DNA of 64,000 nt from a bacterium. Lineage in GTDB: Bacteria; Bacillota_I; Bacilli_A; RFN20; CAG-826. The notes under the pieces are model-generated. The model was not told the origin of the DNA. It saw only the letters and a list, made by a program, of their open reading frames with translations, and did no database searches. This document shows, piece by piece, positions 36,626 to 46,622 of this stretch (the first letter of the stretch is position 1; each line of letters begins with the position of its first letter). The stretch lies in contig CAVJPU010000004.1 in the NCBI GenBank assembly GCA_963651445.1, positions 10,664-74,663 on the forward strand, given 5' to 3'. Position numbers and translations under genes: made by a program.

Positions 36626-37598
36626 AGGTGTCTAAGTCTATCGTGTAATTATCATCTCCGTCGATGATCATCGTTCCTAAATCATTATCTTTAACGAAGG
36701 TTTTGATTTCATCATCGGACATATTCATAAAGGCTGTGGCGTAGGCATCTAGTTCCGCATTGGAATCAATCATGCCTCTGATGATGCAAGTCTGATGGGT
36801 GGAGATGGCGGAGCCAGTCTTTGGATTGACAATGTGGGAATAAGTAATTCCATCGATGTCATAACGTTGTTCCGAAATGGAAGAGGTAGCCAAGCCACAG
36901 TTCTTCAATTTGAAATAAGTGCCGGTCTTATCCTTAACGGCGACTTTATATTTCCCATCCGTAGCGTTCTTTTTCTCGCCTAAAAGGATGGAACTTTGGC
37001 TGCTTACCAGATAATTGGTAATGCCTTTCTCCGAGAAATAATCATATAAGGCGTCCAAGCAAGCCCCTTTGGCGATTCCGCCTAAATCGATCTGGCCATT
37101 CCCACTTCTCTTAACGTAATAAGCCCCATCTTTCTCTCTAAAGGTCAAAGAAGTGTTATTGGCCTCAGCTAGCAAAGAAGCGACTTCATCGGAACTAGGA
37201 ACTATCCCATTAGGAAGATTGGTCTTATAAAGTTCCGAGACATTAAATAAGTATGGGGAAAAGTAATTATTGGTCTTGGTTTTGAGGGAATCCGCCAAGT
37301 AAAGGACATCATAAAGTTCTTTGGAAACCTGGAGTTCCTCGGAAGTGTGGTTGACATCATAAAGGATGATTGACCCTGTGGAATCAAGGTACGGATCACA
37401 TAAAATGCTGTAACGTTCGATGATATTGGAGACCTCTTCGATATCTTGCTTGTCCTCGCTGTATAATTTGACCTCTACGAATGTAGAAAAGCCATACACC
37501 GATTTGGTGTATAGCTGGCTAGAATCTTTCTGGCAGCCCACAAGGGCTAAAGCCGAAAGGGATAAGGCTAATAGATATCTTGGGGTCTTATTCATCAT
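36615..37598 (-). CDS. apbE: FAD:protein FMN transferase ApbE (lipoprotein)
   Basis: 327 aa with lipoprotein signal LALVGCQ. ApbE-like core (GGIAKG...). Sits adjacent to the rnf genes. Confidence 0.8.
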   Translation of the reverse strand: MMNKTPRYLLALSLSALALVGCQKDSSQLYTKSVYGFSTFVEVKLYSEDKQDIEEVSNIIERYSILCDPYLDSTGSIILYDVNHTSEELQVSKELYDVLYLADSLKTKTNNYFSPYLFNVSELYKTNLPNGIVPSSDEVASLLAEANNTSLTFREKDGAYYVKRSGNGQIDLGGIAKGACLDALYDYFSEKGITNYLVSSQSSILLGEKKNATDGKYKVAVKDKTGTYFKLKNCGLATSSISEQRYDIDGITYSHIVNPKTGSAISTHQTCIIRGMIDSNAELDAYATAFMNMSDDEIKTFVKDNDLGTMIIDGDDNYTIDLDTYAV

Positions 37599-37978
37599 AG
37601 ATGGGTCTTAAATGGCGTTCCGTCCTCGTCTGGGTGGGCGGCTAAATAGCGTAAAATCGGATCATAATTCTTATCTGGCTTACCGACCTTGCATTTGGAG
37701 ACGCATTCTTCTTTTTTGGTGACCAAGGCTTCCGCCATAGCGTGGCAGCCAGCGTATCCGCAGGCACCGCAGTTAGCCCCTGGAAGCAATTTCTCCACGT
37801 CATCGATTCTTTCATCTTCCTTAACATAAAGAACCTTGGAAGCGACTGCTAAGATAACGCCGAAGATAAGTCCGATGCCAAGCAAAATAAGAACGGCCCA
37901 AAGGACGGTCATCCCACCGCTGGTCATAGACTCACCAAAATCAGAAAGTAAGTTTGGGAGGGTTTTTAACATGTTCAT
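37595..37978 (-). CDS. rnfB: RnfB N-terminal-domain protein (TM helix plus CxxCGxxGC Fe-S motif; lacks the ferredoxin domains)
   Basis: 127 aa. LPGANCGACGYAGCHAMAEA matches the RnfB N-terminal Fe-S cluster motif. RBS is GAGGAAAAACA. Confidence 0.65.
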   Translation of the reverse strand: MNMLKTLPNLLSDFGESMTSGGMTVLWAVLILLGIGLIFGVILAVASKVLYVKEDERIDDVEKLLPGANCGACGYAGCHAMAEALVTKKEECVSKCKVGKPDKNYDPILRYLAAHPDEDGTPFKTHL

Positions 37979-38193
37979 TGTTTTTCCTCGCTTTCATCGG
38001 CGGAGATGTAATGGCTGCATTCCTTATGAGCGCAGCCTTTGCAGTTCTCTTCGCCGATTTTGATATTCTCGCAGCCCTTTGGGACCGGAGTTCTCCTATA
38101 GAGAATGAAGGAGACGATGAAGGTGACGACCAAAGCCACCAAGATAACGATGGCGATGGCCAAATATCCACCGGTAGAAATAAGTAGCATCAA
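37975..38193 (-). CDS. Small membrane protein with a C-terminal Cys cluster (C-x9-C-x2-C-x4-C), encoded inside the rnf operon
   Basis: 72 aa from MLLISTGGYLAIAIV..., starting right after the rnfA stop. Its stop overlaps the rnfB start (ATGA). The ORF-track start at 38268 would overlap rnfA. Confidence 0.45.
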   Translation of the reverse strand: MMLLISTGGYLAIAIVILVALVVTFIVSFILYRRTPVPKGCENIKIGEENCKGCAHKECSHYISADESEEKQ

Positions 38194-38768
38194 ATAAGCC
38201 CAGTCAAGCCCATCATAGCAATGGCCATAATGGCCGCAGTAGCGAGAGCCACTGGGACTCCTTTCCATGCTTTCGGGGTATTCGCGGATTCCAAACGGAC
38301 GCGGATGCAGCTGAAAACGACGATGATAAGTAAGAAACCAACGGAGGTACCAACGCCGTTAGCGAGAGCTTCGACGAAGGTCTTTCCGGTATCGGTGTTG
38401 CCTTGGACGACGCCAAGGACGGCACAGTTGGTGGTGATCAAAGGAAGATATATGCCCAAGGATTTATAAAGTCCTGGGGAATATTTTTTGATGAATAAAC
38501 CGACTAGTTGAACCAAGCAGGCAACGACCAAGATATAGGCGATGGTATCCATGAATTCGATGCCCGCAAGCTCGAGGAGCATATAAAGCGGATAGCAAAT
38601 CAAGGTCGCCATGATGATGACGAAGACAACGGCTAAGCCCATGCCTAAAGCCGAATTGACTTTCTTGGAAACGCCAATGAACGAGCAGATGCCGTAGAAA
38701 CGGGATAAGACGACGTTATCGACGAGCATGGCGCTAAGGACGGCCAATAAGAATGTGACGAATCCCAT
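38190..38768 (-). CDS. rnfA: Rnf complex subunit A
   Basis: 192 aa, six TM helices, with strong RnfA/RsxA similarity along the whole length. Confidence 0.9.
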   Translation of the reverse strand: MGFVTFLLAVLSAMLVDNVVLSRFYGICSFIGVSKKVNSALGMGLAVVFVIIMATLICYPLYMLLELAGIEFMDTIAYILVVACLVQLVGLFIKKYSPGLYKSLGIYLPLITTNCAVLGVVQGNTDTGKTFVEALANGVGTSVGFLLIIVVFSCIRVRLESANTPKAWKGVPVALATAAIMAIAMMGLTGLI

Positions 38769-38770
38769 AT

Positions 38771-39571
38771 TTATTTACCTCCTTCGGCCGGCTGGTTATT
38801 TTGCGCGGCAGCGGCAGCGGCTTTGGCCTTTTCGGCGGCCGCTTTGGCTCTAGCTTCGGCTAAGGCCTTTTTCTTTTTGTCATCGGCTAGTTCTTTCTTT
38901 CTGTTGCCGATGAAGGCGATGACGGCCAAGATCGATCCGAAGACGATGAAGGCGCCCGCTGGGTTGGTGAAAAGTGGAATCGAATAGTCATAGACAACGC
39001 CGGTGATAATTCCTTCGGCGTTGGAGGTGACCATCTTAAGGATCGGGATACGGGTGAGTGGGATGAAAGTGAAGATCTTACCAAAAGTAATCATGCCAGT
39101 GCCAAGGACTTCTCTGAAGAAGGCGATGATGATAAGAGCCAACATGTAGCCAATACCCATACCAAGAGCGTCCAATAAGGACGGCAAGACTTTGTTCTTT
39201 GAAGCGAAGGCTTCCGCACGGCCAAGGACGATACAGTTGACGACGATCAAGGCGATGAAAACGCCAAGGGTGCTATATAGTTCCGGCAAATAGGCTTCCG
39301 CCAACATCTTTACGATGGTGACAAATGTGGCGATGACCAAGATGTAAGCTGGGGTTCTGATTTCGTCCGGGATGACCTTCCTTAACAAGGAAATAAGGAC
39401 GTTGGAACAAACCAAAACGATGATGAAGAGCAAGCCCATGCCGATAGCGGCTTCGATGGACTTGGTGGTGGCAAGAGCAGGGCATGTGCCAAGCAAAGAG
39501 ATGAAGAGAGGGTTTTCGATGAAAATGCCCTTCAAGAACTCTTTCTTATAGGAGACTTTGTTTTCTTCCAT
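38771..39571 (-). CDS. rnfE: Rnf complex subunit E (with a K/A-rich C-terminal tail)
   Basis: RnfE core of ~215 aa plus a ~45-aa low-complexity tail KKKKALAEARAKAAAEKAKAAAAAAQ. Confidence 0.85.
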   Translation of the reverse strand: MEENKVSYKKEFLKGIFIENPLFISLLGTCPALATTKSIEAAIGMGLLFIIVLVCSNVLISLLRKVIPDEIRTPAYILVIATFVTIVKMLAEAYLPELYSTLGVFIALIVVNCIVLGRAEAFASKNKVLPSLLDALGMGIGYMLALIIIAFFREVLGTGMITFGKIFTFIPLTRIPILKMVTSNAEGIITGVVYDYSIPLFTNPAGAFIVFGSILAVIAFIGNRKKELADDKKKKALAEARAKAAAEKAKAAAAAAQNNQPAEGGK

Positions 39572-39573
39572 AC

Positions 39574-40113
39574 TTATTTGCCTCCTTCCAAATGATAGGC
39601 CAAAGCGTCATCGCACATGGTTTTGACGAGCTTTGCCCCATAGGTGGCACCGCAAGAAACGTCGATGTCATCCAAGTTGGTGTTTTCAGGATCGGCCAGG
39701 AACTTGCCGATGTAATTCTCTTCCAAGGTGGAAGCATAGGATTCGGTATTGGAAACCACCGCGAAATTGGCGATACGGTCGGTCTTGATGCCGACCATCA
39801 AGGAAACCGAACCATAAGCATTCTTGCCGGAGGTGTAATAAATCTTGCCGATGGAAGTCTTATCTTCTTTGAAGGCTTCCCATTCTTTGAGGACGTATTC
39901 GTGGGCATCGGAATCAACGACCTTCGCCTCGGAATAACTGGCAGCATCGGTGAAGACCTTAGCCAAAGCCTTTTCCTGAGATTTGAGGTCATTGGCGGCG
40001 ATGGTGTCCTTGGTCAACAAGTTGACACCGCCCAAAATACCAGCAGCCACGGCAGCCATGCCGCCTAAGATAAGGCCGATGGTGATGAATTTCTTATCAA
40101 ATTTCTTAGCCAT
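39574..40113 (-). CDS. rnfG: Rnf complex subunit G (FMN-binding)
   Basis: 179 aa: an N-terminal TM anchor, then an FMN-bind domain (SGATYGAK). Confidence 0.8.
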   Translation of the reverse strand: MAKKFDKKFITIGLILGGMAAVAAGILGGVNLLTKDTIAANDLKSQEKALAKVFTDAASYSEAKVVDSDAHEYVLKEWEAFKEDKTSIGKIYYTSGKNAYGSVSLMVGIKTDRIANFAVVSNTESYASTLEENYIGKFLADPENTNLDDIDVSCGATYGAKLVKTMCDDALAYHLEGGK

Positions 40114-41198
40114 TATTTAACACCTCCGATACCGAGAGCCAAACAGACGACCAAGAGGCCGATGACTAGTAAGACAGAGCCGATGATCCAGAACTTCTTA
40201 GTGAATCTCGGCGTGGACCATTTGTAGTAGTCCAAGACAGGGACGAGCATGTTGCTCAGCAAAATGGAGAAGCCAACGCCTTCTGGGAGACCGCCGAACA
40301 AACGGATGATGACGGTGAAGGTGGCGGCAATCATGCCATAAAGGATGCGGTTAGGCTTGTTGATCGGCGAGGTGACTGGGTCAGTCAACATGAAAGTAGC
40401 ACCGAAGAGAAGACCACCGCTTAACATTTGGGTACCGATGAAGGTGCCATAGTCATAACCGGCTTTGCTATAGAAGATGCCGGCGATGAGGATATAGAAC
40501 AAGAAGGTCCCCAAATAAGAGAAGGTTACACGGAAATCCGCACTTCTCCTAATAAGGAGATAGACAAGACCGATAAGGATGCACAAAGCGGATACTTCGC
40601 CTAAGGTTCCATTGGTTTTGCCAAGGAAGAGGTCAAGCATCGAATAAGTGCCCAAATCAGCCTGCAATGGAGTGGCGGAGGAGAAGGCGTCCGGCAGCAA
40701 GGAGTTGTTGATGGTCTGATAAGAGCCGCCGAACATAAGCTTGGCCGAGCACATGCCGACAACCGCTGGGTTGAAGATGTTGCTGCCTAAACCGCCGAAG
40801 ACCAATTTGCCTAAGATGGAACCGAATAAGGAACCAATCAAAACGTGGTACCAAGAGGCTCCGGCTGGCATCGCCATCGCGAAAATCAAGGCCGAAACGA
40901 CTGGCCCTAAGAAGTTATTGATGGTGTAAGCTGAGTAGGCGTGTTTGATTTTTTCTTTGAAAGTGTGCTTGTCAGTCGATTTCGGGAATTGGTTGCGGAT
41001 TCCGACATAGACCGCTTCGGAACCAATCCAAGCTACCAAGGAGATTCCGATGATCATCAAGGCTTTTAAGCCCCAAGCGATGAACGAGAAAATGATGACC
41101 GGGACGAGGGCGATGATAACATCGAGCATCATCCTGGCGACTGTGGCCTTCCTTCTGATATGAGGGGCCGATTCTTTAACGATTACTGGGTTACTCAT
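40113..41198 (-). CDS. rnfD: Rnf complex subunit D
   Basis: 361-aa polytopic NQR2/RnfD-family protein with the flavinylation-site region (LSGGLLFGATFMLTDPVTSP). Confidence 0.9.
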   Translation of the reverse strand: MSNPVIVKESAPHIRRKATVARMMLDVIIALVPVIIFSFIAWGLKALMIIGISLVAWIGSEAVYVGIRNQFPKSTDKHTFKEKIKHAYSAYTINNFLGPVVSALIFAMAMPAGASWYHVLIGSLFGSILGKLVFGGLGSNIFNPAVVGMCSAKLMFGGSYQTINNSLLPDAFSSATPLQADLGTYSMLDLFLGKTNGTLGEVSALCILIGLVYLLIRRSADFRVTFSYLGTFLFYILIAGIFYSKAGYDYGTFIGTQMLSGGLLFGATFMLTDPVTSPINKPNRILYGMIAATFTVIIRLFGGLPEGVGFSILLSNMLVPVLDYYKWSTPRFTKKFWIIGSVLLVIGLLVVCLALGIGGVK

Positions 41199-42493
41199 AG
41201 TTTCGCAAACACCTTAGCCCTTCTAACAAAGTCGGTGACCTTGATTTTTGAGGTGCAGGAATAGGTGCAAAGACCGCATTCGATGCATCTTAATGGGTTC
41301 AACGCTTTGATTCTTTCTTTATCCATGACCTTGACCGCGTTCATGATCTGGACCGGTTCCAACCCAACCGGGCAGGAATAGACGCAAGAGCCGCATCTGA
41401 CGCATGGCTCTTCGACATACTTACGTTCGTTTAAGACCAAACAAGAGGTGACAGTCTTAGAAACGATACAATCGTCGCTTGGTTCGGAAGCGCCCATCAT
41501 TGGGCCACCGAGAATGAAAACCTTTGGTTTCTCTGGGTCGACATAACCGCCGCAATACTTATCGATTAACGGTCTAATTGGGGTGCCAACTCTGACACGG
41601 AAGTTCATCGGTTGCTTGATGCCATCGCCATTGACGGTGATGTCTCTTTCGATGACTGGCTGATTGAGTTTGATGGCCTTATAAATACCGATAACCGTCG
41701 AAATATTGAAGTTGATGATGCCACGCTTGGCTGGAAGCTCACCGGTTTTAAGTTTGATACCGAGGCATTCCTTGATCATCGCGACTTCCCAGCCTTGTGG
41801 GTAATAGTTCTCGAGTTTCTGAACTCTGATGTTTGGCTCGTTCTCAAGAACCTTCGTATAAGCATCGTATAAGTCGTGATATTTCTTCTTGATGCAGATG
41901 ATGCAGTCATTGCATTCAAAAGCCTGCATAATGTAGTGAAGCCCAGCGATAATCTGATCAGGAACCTCGAGCATGGCACGATGGTCAGCGTTGAGATACG
42001 GCTCGCATTCGATGGCGTTGATCAAGATGTGCTCAATCTTGTCCTTGGTCTGGAACTTAACGGCGGTTGGGAAAGAAGAACCACCCAGACCAACGTTCGA
42101 CATGTTGGCAATGATCTTGGTCATGTCGTCTTTGGAGAGGGCTTTGATTTCTTCGTCGGTTCTTTCTTTAGCCGATTCGGCCGGAGTGTCCTTGAAGTCG
42201 TTTTTGATTTTGATGAACTTAATTGGTTTCCCATTACGGTAGCAATGGGTTTCATATCCTACAAAGGTGCCAGAAACGGTCGCATGGATTGGCTGATCGA
42301 AGAATGGGCCATGTCTCATGCCAATTTCTTGGTAGAGCTTCACTTCGTCTCCTTCTTGAATATAGACATCGGACTTCGGGCAGCGGGCGTTGTCGGTCGC
42401 GATGTAGACATATTCCGGATCTAGGGCTTTGATGGTTTCTAGATCCTTGGGGAGATTAACTATGTTCGGAATAACTTTCGTTTTTGCAATCAT
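41195..42493 (-). CDS. rnfC: Rnf complex subunit C
   Basis: 432 aa with an NADH-binding fold and two 4Fe-4S motifs (CVRCGSCVYSCP, CIECGLCTYSCT). Confidence 0.9.
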   Translation of the reverse strand: MIAKTKVIPNIVNLPKDLETIKALDPEYVYIATDNARCPKSDVYIQEGDEVKLYQEIGMRHGPFFDQPIHATVSGTFVGYETHCYRNGKPIKFIKIKNDFKDTPAESAKERTDEEIKALSKDDMTKIIANMSNVGLGGSSFPTAVKFQTKDKIEHILINAIECEPYLNADHRAMLEVPDQIIAGLHYIMQAFECNDCIICIKKKYHDLYDAYTKVLENEPNIRVQKLENYYPQGWEVAMIKECLGIKLKTGELPAKRGIINFNISTVIGIYKAIKLNQPVIERDITVNGDGIKQPMNFRVRVGTPIRPLIDKYCGGYVDPEKPKVFILGGPMMGASEPSDDCIVSKTVTSCLVLNERKYVEEPCVRCGSCVYSCPVGLEPVQIMNAVKVMDKERIKALNPLRCIECGLCTYSCTSKIKVTDFVRRAKVFAKL

Positions 42494-42629
42494 AATATTA
42501 ATCCCTTATAAATATAAACATATTTATCCTACTACGGGGTTTTTATTAGTCAAAAGAATACTTTTGAAAATTCGCTGGTATCGAAAGAAATATAACGACT
42601 GAAATTAAGAAAAGAGAGATAATCAGTAT

Positions 42630-43214
42630 ATGCTTAAATTCCTTCTTGCCACCAATAACGCTCATAAAGCTCAAGAATTTAGGGAAATCTTGAATCCTTT
42701 GGGTATAGAAATAGTCACTCCGAAAGATTTGGGACTTAACATCGATCCCGAAGAAAACGGAAAGACGTTTAGAGAGAACTCTTTGATTAAGGCAAAGGCC
42801 TTCTTTGAGGCGTCAGGATTGACGACCATCGCCGACGATTCGGGGTTGTGCATCGAAGCCTTAGACGGCAAGCCAGGAATCTATTCAGCGAGGTTCGCGA
42901 CCGAAAACGGGGGATATCCTGCCGTTTTTGAGGTTCTTAATAAGAAATTAGAAGGCAAAAAGAGAGACGCCAAGTTCCATTGTTGCATTTGCTTATATGA
43001 TGGTTCAAAACCTTTATATTTCGAAGGCGATTGTCCTGGATATTTGTTAGATAAACCTGTCGGACAATGCGGCTTCGGATACGATCCAATCTTTCATTGC
43101 AACGAAGGCAATGTCGATTTTGGAACGGCACCCGAGGATATCAAAAACAAATACTCCCACCGCTCAAAAGCCTTAAAACAATTCGTTTCCTATTTAAATA
43201 GCCGTCAAGGTTAA
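42630..43214 (+). CDS. rdgB: Non-canonical purine NTP pyrophosphatase (RdgB/HAM1 family)
   Basis: 194 aa. LATNNAHKAQEF and ADDSGL are Ham1 motifs. Confidence 0.85.
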   Translation: MLKFLLATNNAHKAQEFREILNPLGIEIVTPKDLGLNIDPEENGKTFRENSLIKAKAFFEASGLTTIADDSGLCIEALDGKPGIYSARFATENGGYPAVFEVLNKKLEGKKRDAKFHCCICLYDGSKPLYFEGDCPGYLLDKPVGQCGFGYDPIFHCNEGNVDFGTAPEDIKNKYSHRSKALKQFVSYLNSRQG

Positions 43215-43907
43215 AGTTAAGATAATCAAACATTCCGCTGCCAAATAGGTCAGCATGATATAGAAGTCTTTTCTTTTGATGCCGTGCCTGAAAATAGTAA
43301 AGATAAGGACGGTGTCGCTGAGGATGAATAAGACAGCGCCCGCAACGCATAGGGCGTAGTAAGGAGTTGGAGCCAAAGTGGCTAATGCCACCGAAGTTCC
43401 TAATAATGCAATCAACGAGCTGAAATAGATGGCGATACCAGTTCCTAGCAGCTTATTTCCAGTCGCCACATGCTGCATTGGCTTAAGACAAATAAGAACG
43501 ACCACCAAGTAGCAGCCGAAGGTGACGAGATAGCCCCACCATGGCATGATGCCAGCCTTATAGAGGATGGTCAGCATAGACCCAATATAGCAGAGGTGTC
43601 CCAAGAAAAATGAAGTGCATCCGATAATGAGATTCATTTTATCCTTCTTAATTAAGAAGATATCGCCGATAGCCCCTAAAAAGGCCCCAACATATATAGG
43701 CCATCCATCCGCCGGACGAGCAGAAACGACCGCCAATCCCAAAAAGATTAAACAGAATGGTTTGGAGATACGTCTAAGCTTCCTATTTTCCAAGAAAGAA
43801 ACAATCAAATGGAAGATAGAAACGGCGGTGAACAGACCGATGAAGATATAGAAGAATATGCGTTGGATTTCGGAAATTGTTTTTAACATCGCAAATAAGT
43901 TTATCAT
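43194..43907 (-). CDS. YhhN-family (lysoplasmalogenase-like) membrane protein
   Basis: 237 aa with eight TM helices and a YhhN-like pattern. Confidence 0.55.
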   Translation of the reverse strand: MINLFAMLKTISEIQRIFFYIFIGLFTAVSIFHLIVSFLENRKLRRISKPFCLIFLGLAVVSARPADGWPIYVGAFLGAIGDIFLIKKDKMNLIIGCTSFFLGHLCYIGSMLTILYKAGIMPWWGYLVTFGCYLVVVLICLKPMQHVATGNKLLGTGIAIYFSSLIALLGTSVALATLAPTPYYALCVAGAVLFILSDTVLIFTIFRHGIKRKDFYIMLTYLAAECLIILTLTLTAI

Positions 43908-43914
43908 TTAACAT

Positions 43915-45381
43915 ATGGAAAACGAAAAGAAAAGACTAGGCGCCCGTGAATGGATCGCCATTATCTTAATCGGCTTTGCCGGTCAATTGGCTTGGGCCAT
44001 CGAAAACAACTACATCAATATGTGGGTATATTCCCAAACCGGAAACTCCGAATATATCACTTGGATGACCATGGCTTCAGCCGTGGCGGCCGCTATCACC
44101 ACCTTCTTCATGGGGGCGTTGTCCGATAGATTGGGTTCAAGAAAATACTTCATCGCTGGCGGTTACACCATTTGGGGTGTTTCGGTCTTTGCTTTCGCTC
44201 TTATCTCCAGACAAAACATCTCGCTTTCTTCTGTCTTTGCTGGCTCCGTGTCCTTATGGGTTGGTGTTTGGATGGTCGTCGTCGACTGCCTGATGACATT
44301 CTTTGGCTCAACCGCGAACGATGCCTGTTTCAACGCTCATGTAACGGATGTCACCAACAAGCATAATAGAGGCAAAGTCGAGTCTTTCTTATCCATCCTT
44401 CCGTTATTCGCTACTGTTGTGGTTCTTCTTGTCCAAGGCCTTTGTGGTGCGGGTTCCGCTCTCACGGACGCTCAAAAGGAAGCCATCGTTGCCGCTGGCC
44501 AGGCTGCTGATGTCGATTCCATCAGCCTCGAAGTCTCCGCCGCTTATCTCGCAAAACCTTGGATGGTCTTCTTTGGTATCTTCGGTGGCATCACCACCGT
44601 TATCGGCATTATTTCTTTCTTCCTTATTCCTAAGGAAACCATCGTTCCAAACAAAGAACGTGGTTATATGGCTTCCGTCGTTTATGGCTTCCGACCAAAA
44701 GTCGTCAAAACCAACCCCAACTTCTATATCGCTTGTTTGGCCTTTATGGCCTTCAATATGGCGATGGATTCTTTCATGCCGTACTTCATGGTTTATTTCC
44801 AAAATGAGACCGACGCCCAAGGCTTGGGTCTTGCAGGCATGAATTTCTACCTCATCGTCGGCATCATTATCGTCTTAGCCTCCGCCATCGTCGTGGTCAC
44901 TGGCATCTTCATGGACAAAATCGGCAAACGTAAGCTCCTTATCCCTGCCATGGGCATCACTTGCGGAGCCTTGCTTATGATGTTCTTTGCCAATCCGGAG
45001 TTCCTTTCCGGCAAGGGCATGATTGCTTTGTTGGCCGTTGCTGGAATATTCATGATGGGCGGATATCTTGTCGGTACTGCGGTATTAGGGGCTATGCTGC
45101 GTGATGAAACCCCAGAAGGCAAAGCTGGGTTATTCCAAGGCGTTCGTATCGTTTTGACCGTCATGATCCCGATGATTCTTGGATCCTTCGTCAGTTCCGA
45201 AGTCATGAAAGCCACCGGTGGAACCTATATCAACGAATATGGCGAAACCGCCGCCAGACCGAACAACTATATGTTCTTGGTTGCTCTGGGTTTCTTACTC
45301 TTAGCCATCATCCCGTGCGTTTGGTTGGTTATCAGAAAGAAGAAAGAAGAGAAATCCGCTCAACAGATTGAACAGCAATAA
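43915..45381 (+). CDS. MFS transporter
   Basis: 488 aa with 12-14 TM helices and an MFS signature (GALSDRLGSRK). Confidence 0.8.
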   Translation: MENEKKRLGAREWIAIILIGFAGQLAWAIENNYINMWVYSQTGNSEYITWMTMASAVAAAITTFFMGALSDRLGSRKYFIAGGYTIWGVSVFAFALISRQNISLSSVFAGSVSLWVGVWMVVVDCLMTFFGSTANDACFNAHVTDVTNKHNRGKVESFLSILPLFATVVVLLVQGLCGAGSALTDAQKEAIVAAGQAADVDSISLEVSAAYLAKPWMVFFGIFGGITTVIGIISFFLIPKETIVPNKERGYMASVVYGFRPKVVKTNPNFYIACLAFMAFNMAMDSFMPYFMVYFQNETDAQGLGLAGMNFYLIVGIIIVLASAIVVVTGIFMDKIGKRKLLIPAMGITCGALLMMFFANPEFLSGKGMIALLAVAGIFMMGGYLVGTAVLGAMLRDETPEGKAGLFQGVRIVLTVMIPMILGSFVSSEVMKATGGTYINEYGETAARPNNYMFLVALGFLLLAIIPCVWLVIRKKKEEKSAQQIEQQ

Positions 45382-45428
45382 AAGAAAAGCAGGAACCGAA
45401 CAATTCCTGCTTTTTAATTTGGAAGTTA

Positions 45429-46211
45429 TTAATCTGTCAAAAGATTTTCTCTACAATTAGCAAAGCGATAGCCTTCTTTGAAATAGACGTTCGGCTTATT
45501 GAATTTAAGCGGTTTGCCTTCGTGGTCGATCATGATGCCGCCGGCCTCTTTGATAAGAAGGGTGCCGGCCGCCAAATCCCATTCCTTGGTGTTGCCACGG
45601 ATGCGATAGCTGGCTTCAGCCAAGCCTTCGGCCACCAAGCAGAACTTCTGGGCAGCGCCTCTGGCAAAGACCAAGCCGATCTTCTCAGGGTGCTTGTCGA
45701 TAAGTTCCTGCTCCATTGGATTGAAGAAGGAAACGGAACGAAGGACGGTTATTTGCTGGGTTTTGTTGTTGACGTGGATTTGGGTTGGCTTGCCAAAACG
45801 TGGAAGCCTCCAAGCCCCGCCGTTCTCGGTAGCGTAGAACAAGACGTTCTGAGCTGGGCAATTGATGACGCTGGCAACGATATCGTGGCCTTTGCATAAA
45901 GCGATGCAGGTCGCGAATTCGCCGCGGAAGTTCACGAATTCCTTGGTTCCGTCCAATGGATCGATGATCCAAACGAACTCTTTGGACAAACGTTCTTCGT
46001 TATCCGGGGTTTCTTCGGTAAGGAAGCCATAGTCAGGAAATTCCTTTTGAAGGGATTCGATGATAAAAGCGTCAGCTCTCTTATCGGCTTCGGTAACTGG
46101 GGAATCGTCGTCTTTGATTTCGACTTCGAACCCTTTGCGATAGACTTCCATGATGATATCACCGCTAAGTTGGGCGGCTTTAATCATCGCTTGGAGTTCT
46201 TTCTCGTACAT
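45429..46211 (-). CDS. Inositol-monophosphatase-family phosphatase
   Basis: 260 aa. WIIDPLDGTKEF and WDLAAG are IMPase metal-binding motifs. Confidence 0.85.
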   Translation of the reverse strand: MYEKELQAMIKAAQLSGDIIMEVYRKGFEVEIKDDDSPVTEADKRADAFIIESLQKEFPDYGFLTEETPDNEERLSKEFVWIIDPLDGTKEFVNFRGEFATCIALCKGHDIVASVINCPAQNVLFYATENGGAWRLPRFGKPTQIHVNNKTQQITVLRSVSFFNPMEQELIDKHPEKIGLVFARGAAQKFCLVAEGLAEASYRIRGNTKEWDLAAGTLLIKEAGGIMIDHEGKPLKFNKPNVYFKEGYRFANCRENLLTD

Positions 46212-46606
46212 TAAAGGTCCTCTTCCTTGATACCAGTGCCTTCGAGGTCAACCTTCTTGGAGGTGATTTCTTCGCCGTCGTATTCGGCCTTTTCTTCCTC
46301 TTCGCCTTCGAATTCCTCGGCGTCGATGTCTTCTTCGCCTTCGTCGGAATAGACTTCGTTGACGTTGATATGGACTTTGTCATAGGTGTGACGGAGACGT
46401 AGGTCCCAGGTGTTGTCAGTTAAGGCAACGAAACGTCCATCCAAGGACAAGTCGGTATAGAAAGCGCCTAATCTAGCAAGCTTTTCTTCGTTGGTCATTT
46501 CGAGATTAGCGGCGACTTTATCCACTAATTCACGGAAGCTGATGGCTTGTCCGTTTTCGGTGACGATGTCATAGGCTTCGTCTAACATGCATTTGTCTTT
46601 TCTCAT
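46211..46606 (-). CDS. rpoE: DNA-directed RNA polymerase delta subunit
   Basis: 131 aa with an N-terminal HARE-HTH-like domain and an acidic D/E-rich C-terminal tail. RBS is AAGGAAGG. Confidence 0.75.
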   Translation of the reverse strand: MRKDKCMLDEAYDIVTENGQAISFRELVDKVAANLEMTNEEKLARLGAFYTDLSLDGRFVALTDNTWDLRLRHTYDKVHINVNEVYSDEGEEDIDAEEFEGEEEEKAEYDGEEITSKKVDLEGTGIKEEDL

Positions 46607-46622
46607 AGAGAAGATCCTTCCT

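Noticed and set aside
37975-38268. Full 97-aa version of the small ORF downstream of rnfA.
   Set aside because: Its first 25 codons would overlap the 3' end of rnfA. The ATG at 38193 (MLLISTGGY...), directly after the rnfA stop, is a more plausible start, so the 72-aa form is reported instead.
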